Shown here: one piece after another, positions 1-9,671 of the stretch
How positions within the stretch are numbered: position 1 is the first letter of the stretch
How the letters are laid out: each line of letters opens with the position of its first letter
NCBI GenBank assembly: GCA_964462685.1
Contig: CAYWYR010000001.1
Span: 108,137 to 172,136, forward strand
DNA length: 64,000 nucleotides
From: an uncultured Hyphomicrobiales bacterium
GTDB taxonomy: Bacteria > Bacteroidota > Ignavibacteria > Kapaibacteriales > UBA2268
Reading direction: 5' to 3'
Notes under the pieces: generated by a model
Told to the model about the DNA's origin: nothing
What the model saw: only the letters and a program-made list of their open reading frames with translations
Databases searched by the model: none
Position numbers and translations under genes: made by a program

Positions 1-2447
1 CGGGTAACTTCCGTGATATGGAGTTTGTACCGAACAATCCTAATAGAATTATAGCAACTACCTTCAACAGAAGTAACGGTGGTGGTATATCCTTTTTCAC
101 TTCTAGTGATAATGGAGTAACATGGACTGGCCGCCAGGCAGTTTCAGGTGCGGTTAGGGCGGAACTTGCGGTGTCACCGGCTCAGCCAAATAAAGTATGG
201 GCTATAGTTGCCGAGCAGGGTTCCAACGCTTACCATTCTACATGGTACTCTGAGGATTTCGGTGAGAACTGGGTACAGTTAGAAGAAGCTGATGGTGAGA
301 ACAACTATCTTGGATGGCGAGACGGTGACGATAACAGAGGCCAAGGTTGGTATGATCTGTCAATTGACGTTGACCCTGTTATGACTAACCAGGTAGTGAT
401 TGGCGGTGTCAATCTATGGAAATCCAATAATAGCGGGCAGTCTTTCGAACTTGAAACCCACTACAACGGCGGATATGACAGGCCTGATATCCATGCCGAT
501 CAGCATGATATTGTTTATTCCAAAGATGGGCTGTATTACTTAGTTGCCAATGACGGCGGATTGAGAAGGTACAACGAGAGTACCGATACTTACGAGAACC
601 TTGCATTTGGCCTGCCTATAACTCAGTTTTACAAAATCGGAGTCTCTCAATCTGAATCTGGTTTATTCTCTGGTGGAACCCAGGATAACGGGACTTTCCT
701 ACATGATCAAGATAATTGGTTCAGGATCGGAGGTGCTGATGGAATGGAAACCGCGATCGATCCGTCAAATCCTGATATAAGGTACAGGTCAATCCAGTTC
801 GGAAGGTTTGATATCACACTTAACGCTGGCCAGCGATGGGAAACTATGTTCAGCCCTACTATAGCTGAACGGGAATATGGCTACGAGGAAGACGGCCCAT
901 GGACAACTCCGTTTATTATAGACCCGAAAAGCCCAAATACTATCTTCATAGCGATGACACAAGTTTGGAGAAGTGATGACAGAGGTGCCGATGGGTCTTG
1001 GAGAAGAATAAGTGATTTTAATGTAAGCCAAGAGTTCAACGATCTCGCAATACCTGATAACGGTAACTTGCTTTACGCAGCTCGGGGTGGTGCTTTAATC
1101 GTATCGCCGGATGACGGTTCAAACTGGCAGTCGGTTTTTTCCAGAGGGCAAGAGCTTATGGATATTGCTGTTCATCCTACCGACTCTCTGATAGTAGGCC
1201 TTGCTTATAGTGGTTTCAGCGAAAACGATAAGGTTTATATCGTTGATAATGGCGAAGTGATAAATATAAGCGGCAATCTGCCCAATGTTCCGGTCAATGC
1301 TATAGTATTCGATCCTGAAGATCCTCAGAGGATATATGTGGGTAATGATATAGGTGTATTTACTTCCTACGGCAGATCTGGTATCTGGTCAAGATACGGT
1401 GGCAATATGCTTAATACAGTAGTATCGGAACTGGAAATCCATAAAAATGACAGATTGCTATATGCTGCGACTTATGGTACTGGAATATGGAGCATACCGC
1501 TTCTTGAAAATTGTGTTCCTAATCAAACCCTTACGATACTAGATCAAGATATTATAAATATCTGTCCTACAGATTCAATATTTGTGGATATAGATTTCCC
1601 GGGAACATTGATTTGGTCAGATGGATTTGAAGGCAATACAAGATATCTAAGAGAAGAAGGCAGATATAGCGTTGCAGCAAGCAATGACTATTGTGCTGAT
1701 TATTCATCCCCGATTGTTATCGAACACAATGAAGTTGCCAGTATTTCAATTACTGCTTTCAGGAGAACTATCTGCGGAGCTGATTCGGTACAGCTAAATG
1801 CTACTGCCGGTTTCGATAATTATAGATGGTCCAACGGGATGACGGGAAGGAGAATATGGGTTAAAGAAGGGGGGGATTACACTGTGGAAATTGATAACCC
1901 TAATGGCTGTATATCTAGATCAAGCTCAATAAGTGTCGATAAATATGAAGTGCCTGAAAGGCCTGTTGTAAAAGTATTATCTATAAATGATACTGTAGCG
2001 GTTATATCTACTACAACTGTAGGTGAAAGCTATAGATGGCTAAGGGATGGAACGCTGATTTCTGAGGGTGATGACAATACTATTGAAGTATTGCTGACAG
2101 GTGAATACTCAGTTGAAGTATTGACCGGGGAAGGCTGTTCTACTGAACGCAGTGAGCCTGTGCCTATTATTATAACCTCAGTTATTTGGGAAAGTAATAT
2201 ATCCCAGGGAAAATCATATCCTAATCCCGCGGTCGAGGAAATAATCCTTGAAGGTAAGTTCGATCGTCAGAACGAGCAATATAAGATATTCAGTAACAGT
2301 GGGCAGTTGGTAGGTGAAGGAAAAGTCTTCACGACCGATAATACAGCAAAGATCGCGATTCAGCCTCTTCTTACTGGCCAGTATTATATTGTATTGGGCA
2401 GCGGCGAGTCTCAGACTCTTTATACATTTATAAAACAAGCCGACTGA
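1..2447 (+). CDS. BNR/Asp-box beta-propeller surface protein with Ig-like domains and a T9SS C-terminal sorting domain. 5'-partial: the frame is open to the window edge.
   Basis: Repeated S-x-D-x-G-x-T-W type motifs (SSDNGVTW, SEDFGENW, SNNSGQSF, SPDDGSNW). Paralogous to the N-terminal region of the 52702..57552 protein. C-terminus (KSYPNPAVEEIILEG ... YYIVLG) resembles a Por/T9SS CTD. Confidence 0.6.
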   Translation, partial: GNFRDMEFVPNNPNRIIATTFNRSNGGGISFFTSSDNGVTWTGRQAVSGAVRAELAVSPAQPNKVWAIVAEQGSNAYHSTWYSEDFGENWVQLEEADGENNYLGWRDGDDNRGQGWYDLSIDVDPVMTNQVVIGGVNLWKSNNSGQSFELETHYNGGYDRPDIHADQHDIVYSKDGLYYLVANDGGLRRYNESTDTYENLAFGLPITQFYKIGVSQSESGLFSGGTQDNGTFLHDQDNWFRIGGADGMETAIDPSNPDIRYRSIQFGRFDITLNAGQRWETMFSPTIAEREYGYEEDGPWTTPFIIDPKSPNTIFIAMTQVWRSDDRGADGSWRRISDFNVSQEFNDLAIPDNGNLLYAARGGALIVSPDDGSNWQSVFSRGQELMDIAVHPTDSLIVGLAYSGFSENDKVYIVDNGEVINISGNLPNVPVNAIVFDPEDPQRIYVGNDIGVFTSYGRSGIWSRYGGNMLNTVVSELEIHKNDRLLYAATYGTGIWSIPLLENCVPNQTLTILDQDIINICPTDSIFVDIDFPGTLIWSDGFEGNTRYLREEGRYSVAASNDYCADYSSPIVIEHNEVASISITAFRRTICGADSVQLNATAGFDNYRWSNGMTGRRIWVKEGGDYTVEIDNPNGCISRSSSISVDKYEVPERPVVKVLSINDTVAVISTTTVGESYRWLRDGTLISEGDDNTIEVLLTGEYSVEVLTGEGCSTERSEPVPIIITSVIWESNISQGKSYPNPAVEEIILEGKFDRQNEQYKIFSNSGQLVGEGKVFTTDNTAKIAIQPLLTGQYYIVLGSGESQTLYTFIKQAD

Positions 2448-2466
2448 TAATCAACCAAGAACTTTT

Positions 2467-3060
2467 ATGATTGAACTTCTCGAGGGCAAAGTAATCGAGG
2501 CAAGCCCAGTTAAAGCCGTTTTTCTATGTGGAGGGGTAGGTTATGCTCCTCATATAACTATGTCTTTATATGATAGCCTTAAAGTTGGTGAGCTTAAGAC
2601 AGTTCATACGCGGGCTATTTACAGAGAGAACGAACAGTTGCTCTTCGGCTTTTCGTCTTTGGCCGAACGCGATACTTTTGACCGCTTGCTTAAAGTCTCA
2701 GGTATTGGCCCCAAAACCGCCTTGGGCATTATAAGCGGTACTACGCCAGAAGACCTTGCCAGAAGAATAAACGATGCGGATATAGCGGCTCTATCAAAAC
2801 TACCAGGAATAGGGAAGAAGACAGCAGAGAGGATGGCACTCGAGCTTGCCGGTAAACTGAAAATCGACAGTACTATAGGTGATACCGAAAGCTCTGGATC
2901 ATCTGTAAGCCAGATAGAGACCGAGGCTACTGCGGCACTTGTCTCTCTTGGGTTCCCGAAGGCAGGAGCCGAAAAATCTGTCTCCAGAGCATTGAAGTCT
3001 TTGGACTCCCCCTCGGTTGAGGAACTGATCAAGACCGCACTTAAAAACTCTATGGGCTAG
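2467..3060 (+). CDS. ruvA: Holliday junction DNA helicase RuvA
   Basis: Start MIELLEGKV, and a tandem HhH region (GIGPKTA / LPGIGKKTAERM) typical of RuvA. Confidence 0.9.
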   Translation: MIELLEGKVIEASPVKAVFLCGGVGYAPHITMSLYDSLKVGELKTVHTRAIYRENEQLLFGFSSLAERDTFDRLLKVSGIGPKTALGIISGTTPEDLARRINDADIAALSKLPGIGKKTAERMALELAGKLKIDSTIGDTESSGSSVSQIETEATAALVSLGFPKAGAEKSVSRALKSLDSPSVEELIKTALKNSMG

Positions 3061-3070
3061 ATTCAGGCTT

Positions 3071-3790
3071 ATGTTTTTGATAATTCCAGAAATAAGACTA
3101 ACTGCCGGGCTTTGCAGCGATAGTGTATCCAGCGATAGCAGAATAGACGGATATTACGAGAATATGATATCCAACCCAGCCGATTTGGCGAGGCTTTTGC
3201 GCAGGGAAAACGCCAAATCAATCTGTGTATCGGAGTTTGACAATATTGGCGGAAACAGTGCTGAAGTTTTGGAGAAACTAGTTTCATGTTTGGATATCAC
3301 TACCCAGTTTAATACTTCGGCTTCGGCTATAGATAAAGATATAGTAGATCAGTTAATGTCGACTGGTATTAAAAGGCTTAATCTATACGTTGACCCCAAA
3401 AGTATGGAACACTATGTTGGTATTCGAAATAGTTTCCCTGATTTTTCTATATATCCAATTATAGATTCTGAAAACCTGTTCCTTTTAGATAAAATCGAAT
3501 GTGAGAGGTTCAGTATACTCAATGAAAAGGCTAACTGGGATCATGAAACTCTAAAAAAAATTATAGAGACTAAAGCATCAAACACTAGAATTACTTTATA
3601 CGGTGGGATATCGGACCATATCTCACTAAAGCTATCCGCTTCTTATACTTCTAGCGGAATAGATTCGTGTATAATAGGAAAGCCTCTCTATGATAATTCA
3701 TTCCCTTGCCAAGCAATCTGGAGAAATATAGAGGGCGAAATCGACAGCGGTGCCGGTGAAAAAGAGATATCAACCGTATTAGACGGCTGA
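3071..3790 (+). CDS. Divergent HisA/HisF-family (beta/alpha)8-barrel protein, possibly non-catalytic
   Basis: N-terminal LIIPEIRLTAGLC aligns with HisA IIPAIDLKDGKCVRL. The C-terminal IIGKPLYDNSF aligns with the HisA IVGRALLEGKF phosphate-binding motif. The catalytic Asp of the IDL motif is replaced (IRL). Confidence 0.4.
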   Translation: MFLIIPEIRLTAGLCSDSVSSDSRIDGYYENMISNPADLARLLRRENAKSICVSEFDNIGGNSAEVLEKLVSCLDITTQFNTSASAIDKDIVDQLMSTGIKRLNLYVDPKSMEHYVGIRNSFPDFSIYPIIDSENLFLLDKIECERFSILNEKANWDHETLKKIIETKASNTRITLYGGISDHISLKLSASYTSSGIDSCIIGKPLYDNSFPCQAIWRNIEGEIDSGAGEKEISTVLDG

Positions 3791-3863
3791 AAAAACTTCA
3801 TTATCCAAAAAGTTTTTATCATTTATAACCATGTGGTTGTGAATAGCTCTTAAAAATGGTATT

Positions 3864-5666
3864 TTGCAGTTCGATTATTTCAATGGAAATAATATTGATC
3901 GGAGTATATTAATGCCTACTATCACTATAGATGGTAATAAGATTGAAACCAAGCCAGGTCAGACCGTCATTCAGGCGGCTTACGACAATGGCATGAAAAT
4001 ACCGCATTTCTGCTGGCACCCCGAGTTAACTGTTGCGGGGAACTGCCGGATGTGCCTTGTAGAAACTGGAACCCCAAAGCGAGACAGAGAAGGGAATGTT
4101 GAAACCGATGAGAACGGCGAGCCCGTGATATCATTTATTCCCAAACTTCAGATCGCTTGTGCTACCCAAGTCTCAGATGGAATGGTCATCAAGACCGCTT
4201 CCGACAAGGCAATTGAAGCACAGGAAGCCGTAATGGAGTTTTTGCTTATCAATCACCCACTTGATTGCCCTATATGCGATGAAGCCGGTGAGTGTAAACT
4301 CCAGGAATACGGGCTTAAGCACTCAACTGGCGAAAGCCGTTTTGATGAGCAGAAGAACCATAAACCCAAACGTCAGGTTTGGGGCCCGAACGTGGTATTT
4401 GATGCGGAAAGGTGTATATCTTGTTCCCGTTGTATCAGATATGCTGACGAGATAGCCGAGCAAAGTGTTTTGACTTTTGTTCAACGCGGTGATCACGTTA
4501 CTATAGAGCTCTTCGAAGACACTGTATTCGACAGCCCTTATTCTATGAACGTTATCGAGCTTTGCCCAGTAGGAGCTCTAACTTCTGATGACTTCAGGTT
4601 CAAGTCCAGAGTTTGGGAAATGTCCTTCAGCGAATCTATTACGAACGCTGATGCAAGCGGTGCAAATATCAGAATCGGTGTCAGGAACAATGAAGTTCTT
4701 AGAATCCAGCCGCGTACTAATATGTACGTAAACGAGTACTGGCTAAGCGATGACCAAAGACTGAATCACATAGATAAATTGAATGAAGACCGTATCACAG
4801 AGCCAATGATCAAGATCGACGGTGTGATGCGGGAAACAAGTTGGGATGAGGCTTACGCGTCAACCTATAAACTGATAAGCCAGACACAAGGCAAAATCGC
4901 AGTTATCGGTTCGGCAAAATCATCCAACGAAGATCTTTTTGCTCTCAAGCGTTTTTCCTCCGAAGTATTGAACACAGAGAACCTGGTTTATCTTAACTTC
5001 TTCGATGAATCGCAGGATGACAAATTAGTCAAAGGTGTAAAAGAAAGAAGGCCTAACGCAAAAGGTGCAAACGCGCTTGGGTATAAAGAAGGTAAAGAGG
5101 CTTTTGAAGATGCCTTGAATGGTGCTGGGCTTATCATTGTGGTGGATGAGGATTTCGCGAACCACAGAGATTTAGGATCTTATGTGACTGCATCCGGTGT
5201 ACCCATTATTGCATTCGCTCAAAACGAGGGCCCTGTAACCGCAGTATCCGAGATAGTACTTCCTTCTTCCACTTATGCCGAATCTGAAGGTACTTATACC
5301 AACTTTGAAGGAAGAGTACAGCATTTCGGCCCGGCTATGACAACTAAAGAGAATTTCAGGTTCATGGGTATGAAAATGTCCCGATGGGATAAATTCGGTG
5401 CCCCTAATGACAGATGGACTCAGCATGAGCAAAGGAACTGCCGTCAGCTTTGGAGATCATTGCAAAAGATAGCAGCACTTGCTGGCTTTGAATGGAGCTA
5501 CAAGAATTCATCTCATGTATTTGATGAGATCGCAGCTTCAAACGAAAATTTCGGTGGTATGGAGTATAAGACAATTAAGCATTACCAAGGTCTGGTTATG
5601 GGCAAGCAGTCCGAACCCGATCCAAAGGTAATGAATTATGTCAGCCACTCGATGAAACCGTACTAA
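3864..5666 (+). CDS. nuoG: NADH-quinone oxidoreductase subunit G (short form); likely true start at 3912 (MPTITIDG)
   Basis: N-terminal 2Fe-2S ferredoxin fold (CRMCLVE), HPLDCPICDEAGECKLQEY 4Fe-4S motif, and CISCSRCIRY. Confidence 0.85.
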   Translation: MQFDYFNGNNIDRSILMPTITIDGNKIETKPGQTVIQAAYDNGMKIPHFCWHPELTVAGNCRMCLVETGTPKRDREGNVETDENGEPVISFIPKLQIACATQVSDGMVIKTASDKAIEAQEAVMEFLLINHPLDCPICDEAGECKLQEYGLKHSTGESRFDEQKNHKPKRQVWGPNVVFDAERCISCSRCIRYADEIAEQSVLTFVQRGDHVTIELFEDTVFDSPYSMNVIELCPVGALTSDDFRFKSRVWEMSFSESITNADASGANIRIGVRNNEVLRIQPRTNMYVNEYWLSDDQRLNHIDKLNEDRITEPMIKIDGVMRETSWDEAYASTYKLISQTQGKIAVIGSAKSSNEDLFALKRFSSEVLNTENLVYLNFFDESQDDKLVKGVKERRPNAKGANALGYKEGKEAFEDALNGAGLIIVVDEDFANHRDLGSYVTASGVPIIAFAQNEGPVTAVSEIVLPSSTYAESEGTYTNFEGRVQHFGPAMTTKENFRFMGMKMSRWDKFGAPNDRWTQHEQRNCRQLWRSLQKIAALAGFEWSYKNSSHVFDEIAASNENFGGMEYKTIKHYQGLVMGKQSEPDPKVMNYVSHSMKPY

Positions 5667-5701
5667 ACAGATTAATTGGATAAAAAGGGACTAACCCAAA
5701 A

Positions 5702-6820
5702 ATGTCTGATCTAAATTTTCTCTTGCTTGAAACCGGTGTTAAGGCTTTTGTAGTCGTCAACATCATTCTTGCTCTCGCCTCAGGCGAGGTTTATCTAGAA
5801 AGAAAAATATCCGCTTGGATACAAAACCGTATCGGCCCCAATAGGGTAGGGCCATTAGGCTTATTACAGCCCATAGCCGATGTTGTAAAACTATTCTTCA
5901 AAGAGGATGTAGTCCCGAAGGCGGCACATCAAGGCTTTCACCTTCTGGCACCGATGCTCTCTCTTGCTGTTGCTGTAGGTGTTTACGCGGTGATCCCTTA
6001 TGGCCATTATCTGGAGTTTGAAGTAGGTGATACTATCAGGCGAGTATATATGGGTCTGGCGCCAAATATCAACGTTGGTGCTCTGTTCATCTTAGCTATG
6101 ACTTCAGTCGGTGTTTATGGGATTACGATAGCCGGGTGGGCATCCAATTCCAAATATTCACTTCTCGGTGGATTGCGTTCGGCCGCACAGATGATTTCCT
6201 ATGAACTTGCTATGGGTCTGGCGCTTGTAGCCGTTATCATTATATCAGGTTCATTAAGCATGAATCAGATCGTGATTGAGCAGTCGGCATGGGGCGGTTT
6301 CCGTTGGAATGTTATACTTCAGCCACTGGGTTTCATAATATTTCTGGTATCGGCTTTCGCTGAGACAAACCGTGCACCTTTCGATCTACCCGAGGCAGAG
6401 CCAGAGCTTGTAGGTGGATTCAATACAGAGTATTCTGGTATGAAGTTCGGTATGTTCTTCTTGGCCGAGTATGCGAACATGGCTACGGCATCTGCTTTCT
6501 TGGCGATACTATACTTTGGAGGATGGACGCTTCCATTCCACGATCTTATCCCGATAATGGATTCAGCCGGTGAGATAATCAGATACGATAACGGCGAGTG
6601 GTTCGGGATTCCAGGTAATTCTTGGATTATAGGTCTGGCACAGTTTGTATGGTTCTTCGCCAAACTAATGTTCTTCATTCTGTTCTTTATTTGGGTAAGA
6701 TGGTCTATACCTCGTTTCAGATATGATCAGCTAATGAACCTTGGTTGGAAAGTACTCCTACCGTTATCAATAGTCAATGTAATAATTACTGCTGTACTCG
6801 TCCTATTACTTGACAGTTAA
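5702..6820 (+). CDS. nuoH: NADH-quinone oxidoreductase subunit H
   Basis: GPLGLLQPIADVVKLFFKED motif, a multi-pass membrane protein of about 370 aa, lying between nuoG and nuoI. Confidence 0.9.
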   Translation: MSDLNFLLLETGVKAFVVVNIILALASGEVYLERKISAWIQNRIGPNRVGPLGLLQPIADVVKLFFKEDVVPKAAHQGFHLLAPMLSLAVAVGVYAVIPYGHYLEFEVGDTIRRVYMGLAPNINVGALFILAMTSVGVYGITIAGWASNSKYSLLGGLRSAAQMISYELAMGLALVAVIIISGSLSMNQIVIEQSAWGGFRWNVILQPLGFIIFLVSAFAETNRAPFDLPEAEPELVGGFNTEYSGMKFGMFFLAEYANMATASAFLAILYFGGWTLPFHDLIPIMDSAGEIIRYDNGEWFGIPGNSWIIGLAQFVWFFAKLMFFILFFIWVRWSIPRFRYDQLMNLGWKVLLPLSIVNVIITAVLVLLLDS

Positions 6821-6853
6821 AATCGCAAAATTTGCAGTTGAAAGGCTTATAAA

Positions 6854-7351
6854 ATGAATAATACTAAGAATACCGAAGCAGAGAGAATGTCCTTTTGGGA
6901 AAAGCTCTACATCCCCGAGATAGCAAAGGGATTGGGCATAACCCTCAAGCAGATGTTCAAGCCGAAGTTTACTAGGCAATACCCGGAGGAAAGATTTGAA
7001 CCTACGGGATCTTATCGCGGCAGGCCTGTACTGGTGGAAGAAAATGGCCAAGAACGATGCGTTGCTTGTGGGCTTTGTTCTAGGGTTTGCCCTGCACTTG
7101 CTATTGAAGTACAAGCCGATGAGACACCTCGACATAAAGAGCGCTATCCAGTCAAATTCGAAATCAATATGCTTCGCTGCATATTCTGTGCGCTTTGCGA
7201 AGAAGTATGCCCGGAGGAAGCTATTGTTATGAGTAAGGATTACGACCTCGTATTCACAAGCCAGCAAGATGCAATACTCGGCAAAGAAGAGCTTCTAGTT
7301 CCTATGGAAAGACTACAAGATAGGTTAGAGTTCCTTAGAGCTTACAAATAA
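6854..7351 (+). CDS. nuoI: NADH-quinone oxidoreductase subunit I (2x 4Fe-4S ferredoxin)
   Basis: Two CxxCxxCxxxCP motifs ([24 protein letters not shown]). Confidence 0.85.
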   Translation: MNNTKNTEAERMSFWEKLYIPEIAKGLGITLKQMFKPKFTRQYPEERFEPTGSYRGRPVLVEENGQERCVACGLCSRVCPALAIEVQADETPRHKERYPVKFEINMLRCIFCALCEEVCPEEAIVMSKDYDLVFTSQQDAILGKEELLVPMERLQDRLEFLRAYK

Positions 7352-7380
7352 ATCCTTACTTAAATTGTCTAAAACTCAAT

Positions 7381-7411
7381 AAGCCGAACCTTTTAGGGTC
7401 GGCTTTTTTTT
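7381..7411 (+). terminator. Rho-independent terminator after nuoI
   Basis: GC hairpin agccgaacc/gggtcggct followed by a T8 run. Confidence 0.6.
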
Positions 7412-7434
7412 ATTCCCTTAAATCAAATCAAGAA

Positions 7435-9033
7435 ATGAACAATATTAAATATTTAAAAGATCTCCAGACTAAACTATCACAGCTATATATAGATATCACA
7501 AAGAATTACTATGAAGCCTCAATTTCCGGTGATGATACTCTATTTGAAGCAAGCAGTAAAGCTCAGTTTGAATATGAAAAGGTATTGGCTGATAAAGGAA
7601 CATATCAAAAATTAAAAGATTTAGCCACAACAGAAGAAACTACATCTGATATTGATAGGAGAACGGCCAAAGTCCTGCTGAATGAATCGGAAGCAAAACA
7701 GATAAATGAGCCCGATCTTAAAAAAATGATCGATCTCCAAACCGAGATTGAAAAGAAGTTCACATCATTCAGGGCGGAGATAGATGATAGAAATTATACC
7801 GACAACGAGATTGAAAATACACTATCAGACAGCAACGACAGTAAAGTAGTCGAAGCATTTTGGAAGTCATCAAAAGAAATAGGAAATCAGGTTTCAAGTG
7901 AAGTATTAGAACTGGTTCATCTCAGGAATGCAAGTGCAAAAGAGTTAGGCTATGATAATTATCACTCCATGCAATTACAGCTAAATGAGATAGACCCAAC
8001 TTGGCTAGAAAATATCTTTGATGAATTAGATGAACTCACACGCCCAGCTTTTGAAGAAATGAAAACCGAAATCGATAGTTTCATAGCAAAAAAATTCGGT
8101 GTTGAATCTAATGATCTAAAGCCTTGGCATTATGGCAATCGTTATTTTCAGGAAGCCCCAGCAATATACGATAGCGGACTTGACACAGTATATAAAGAAG
8201 CCCCTATACACGATATCACAAAAGCATTTTACGACTCTATTGGGCTAAATATAGATGAGATGTCTTCAAATTCTGATCTCTACGAGAAAGAGGGTAAGAA
8301 CCAGCACGCTTTCTGCATAGATATAGACAGGGAAATAGGAGATATCCGTATCCTGTGTAATATCGTGCCTTCACACAGGTGGATGGATACCGATCTCCAT
8401 GAATTTGGGCACGGAGTTTATGACTATTATATGAATAGGGAACTGCCATGGGCGTTGATGACACCCTCCCACATCTTCACAACTGAAGCAATAGCTATGC
8501 TTTTTGGCAGACTTGCCGGAAACGCCGAATGGATAAGGAACAATGTCCCTAATGCCGAAAAATATAACGATAACGGACATAGCCATAAAGAAGCAGCAAT
8601 GGCACAGATCGTATTCAGCCGATGGGCACAGGTGATGTACCGATTTGAAAAAGATATGTATGCCGATCCCAAGCAGGATTTACAGAAAATTTGGTGGGAT
8701 TTGGTAAGTAAATATCAAGGTATTACCATGCCCATAGGCCGAGATAGTGAGAATGACTGGGCATCGAAAATCCATATCGCTACCGTACCGTGTTATTATC
8801 ACAACTACCTATTAGGAGAGATAATGGCGAGCCAACTGCAAGCCTATATTACCAAGAACATCAGCAATGATAAGAACCCTGGAAACTGGAAAGGTGATAA
8901 AAAAGTAGGTGAGTATCTAACTGAAAAAGTATTCAAACCAGGTAAATCACTCCGTTGGGATCAGTTAGTTGAAAATGCTACTGGAGAGAACCTCACAGCC
9001 AAATACTATTCAGAACATTTCTGCGATTTTTAG
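7435..9033 (+). CDS. Zinc metallopeptidase, gluzincin of the M2 (ACE-like peptidyl-dipeptidase) type
   Basis: HEFGH zinc motif with a downstream TEAIAMLFG glutamate 24 residues later. This parallels the ACE HEMGH ... HEAIGD arrangement and LP-x-AL spacing. Confidence 0.55.
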   Translation: MNNIKYLKDLQTKLSQLYIDITKNYYEASISGDDTLFEASSKAQFEYEKVLADKGTYQKLKDLATTEETTSDIDRRTAKVLLNESEAKQINEPDLKKMIDLQTEIEKKFTSFRAEIDDRNYTDNEIENTLSDSNDSKVVEAFWKSSKEIGNQVSSEVLELVHLRNASAKELGYDNYHSMQLQLNEIDPTWLENIFDELDELTRPAFEEMKTEIDSFIAKKFGVESNDLKPWHYGNRYFQEAPAIYDSGLDTVYKEAPIHDITKAFYDSIGLNIDEMSSNSDLYEKEGKNQHAFCIDIDREIGDIRILCNIVPSHRWMDTDLHEFGHGVYDYYMNRELPWALMTPSHIFTTEAIAMLFGRLAGNAEWIRNNVPNAEKYNDNGHSHKEAAMAQIVFSRWAQVMYRFEKDMYADPKQDLQKIWWDLVSKYQGITMPIGRDSENDWASKIHIATVPCYYHNYLLGEIMASQLQAYITKNISNDKNPGNWKGDKKVGEYLTEKVFKPGKSLRWDQLVENATGENLTAKYYSEHFCDF

Positions 9034-9055
9034 ATCTCTACTATGCTTCCCTCTG

Positions 9056-9166
9056 AATGACATATACAGCTCTTCAATTCCTTCCCTTGGGGGGAAGGGT
9101 TTAGGATGGGGTGTTCTATAACAAGGGGTTGCAACCCCTGTTGCATAGTATATATGACAAGACATA
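9056..9166. repeat. Dispersed intergenic repeat, modules C+B, in reverse orientation relative to the copy at 26428..26536
   Basis: The reverse complement of 26428..26536 aligns along about 110 bp (ctctgaatgac ... ccttcc-ggggaagg-tttaggatggggtg ... aacaaggggttgcaacccctgttgcata-tatatatgaca). It contains the 24-bp palindrome aacaaggggttgcaacccctgttg. Confidence 0.75.
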
Positions 9167-9243
9167 GTAACTGTAATTTCGAATGCCGATAGGCAGAAAA
9201 ATCCTCAATATTTACCCACAATTTACATCAAGCCATATTAAGC

Positions 9244-9274
9244 TTGCATTTTACTAACTACCTTATTATATTTG
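9244..9274 (+). promoter_or_regulatory. Bacteroidetes-type sigma-A promoter (TTG-N20-TAtaTTTG) upstream of rplU
   Basis: TTG at 9244-9246, a 20-nt spacer, then TATATTTG at 9267-9274, 44 nt before the rplU start codon. Confidence 0.5.
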
Positions 9275-9317
9275 TAGTCTTATTAAAACACAAACCACTA
9301 TTTTTGGTTAGATAGAA

Positions 9318-9623
9318 ATGTACGCAGTAGTAGATATAGCAGGCAACCAATATCAGGTTACCAACAACCAGACTATCACAGTTGATAAGCTTAGCGCTAA
9401 ACCTGGCGAAGAAGTTACTTTCGATAATGTACTTGTAGCCAATGACGGTAGCAATACAACTATCGGCTCACCATTTACAGGTGGGGCGGTAAAAGCGAAA
9501 GTAATAGAGCACGGGCGTGCCGATAAAGTTCTTGTCTTCCACAAGAAGAGAAGAAAAGGTTACCGTAAGCTTAACGGACACCGCCAGCATTATACTACTA
9601 TCGAAATCACTTCGGTAGCTTAA
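9318..9623 (+). CDS. rplU: 50S ribosomal protein L21
   Basis: MYAVVDIAGNQYQV N-terminus; about 100 aa. Confidence 0.9.
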   Translation: MYAVVDIAGNQYQVTNNQTITVDKLSAKPGEEVTFDNVLVANDGSNTTIGSPFTGGAVKAKVIEHGRADKVLVFHKKRRKGYRKLNGHRQHYTTIEITSVA

Positions 9624-9671
9624 GCTCCCGATTTTCCAAAGAAATTAAATATCTTATAAAGGTAAGCTAAA

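Noticed and set aside
2619-3032. A 137-aa minus-strand ORF inside ruvA. The same reasoning applies to antisense ORFs 10380..10853 within tonB, 16146..16547 within pdxJ, 19049..19641 within der, 38235..38654 within purH, 4261..4455 within nuoG and 53663..56956 within the giant gene.
   Set aside because: Each is fully embedded antisense or out-of-frame in a well-supported conserved gene, and has low-complexity Ser/Pro/Ala-rich composition typical of shadow ORFs.
3864-3911. A 16-codon N-terminal extension of nuoG (MQFDYFNGNNIDRSIL).
   Set aside because: NuoG homologs begin at the ferredoxin-like MPTITIDG. The extension is probably a longest-ORF artefact, so the start is noted as 3912.
9030-9221. 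A 63-aa minus-strand ORF downstream of the peptidase gene.
   Set aside because: It coincides with the dispersed repeat (modules C+B). The reading frame is a by-product of the repeat sequence.
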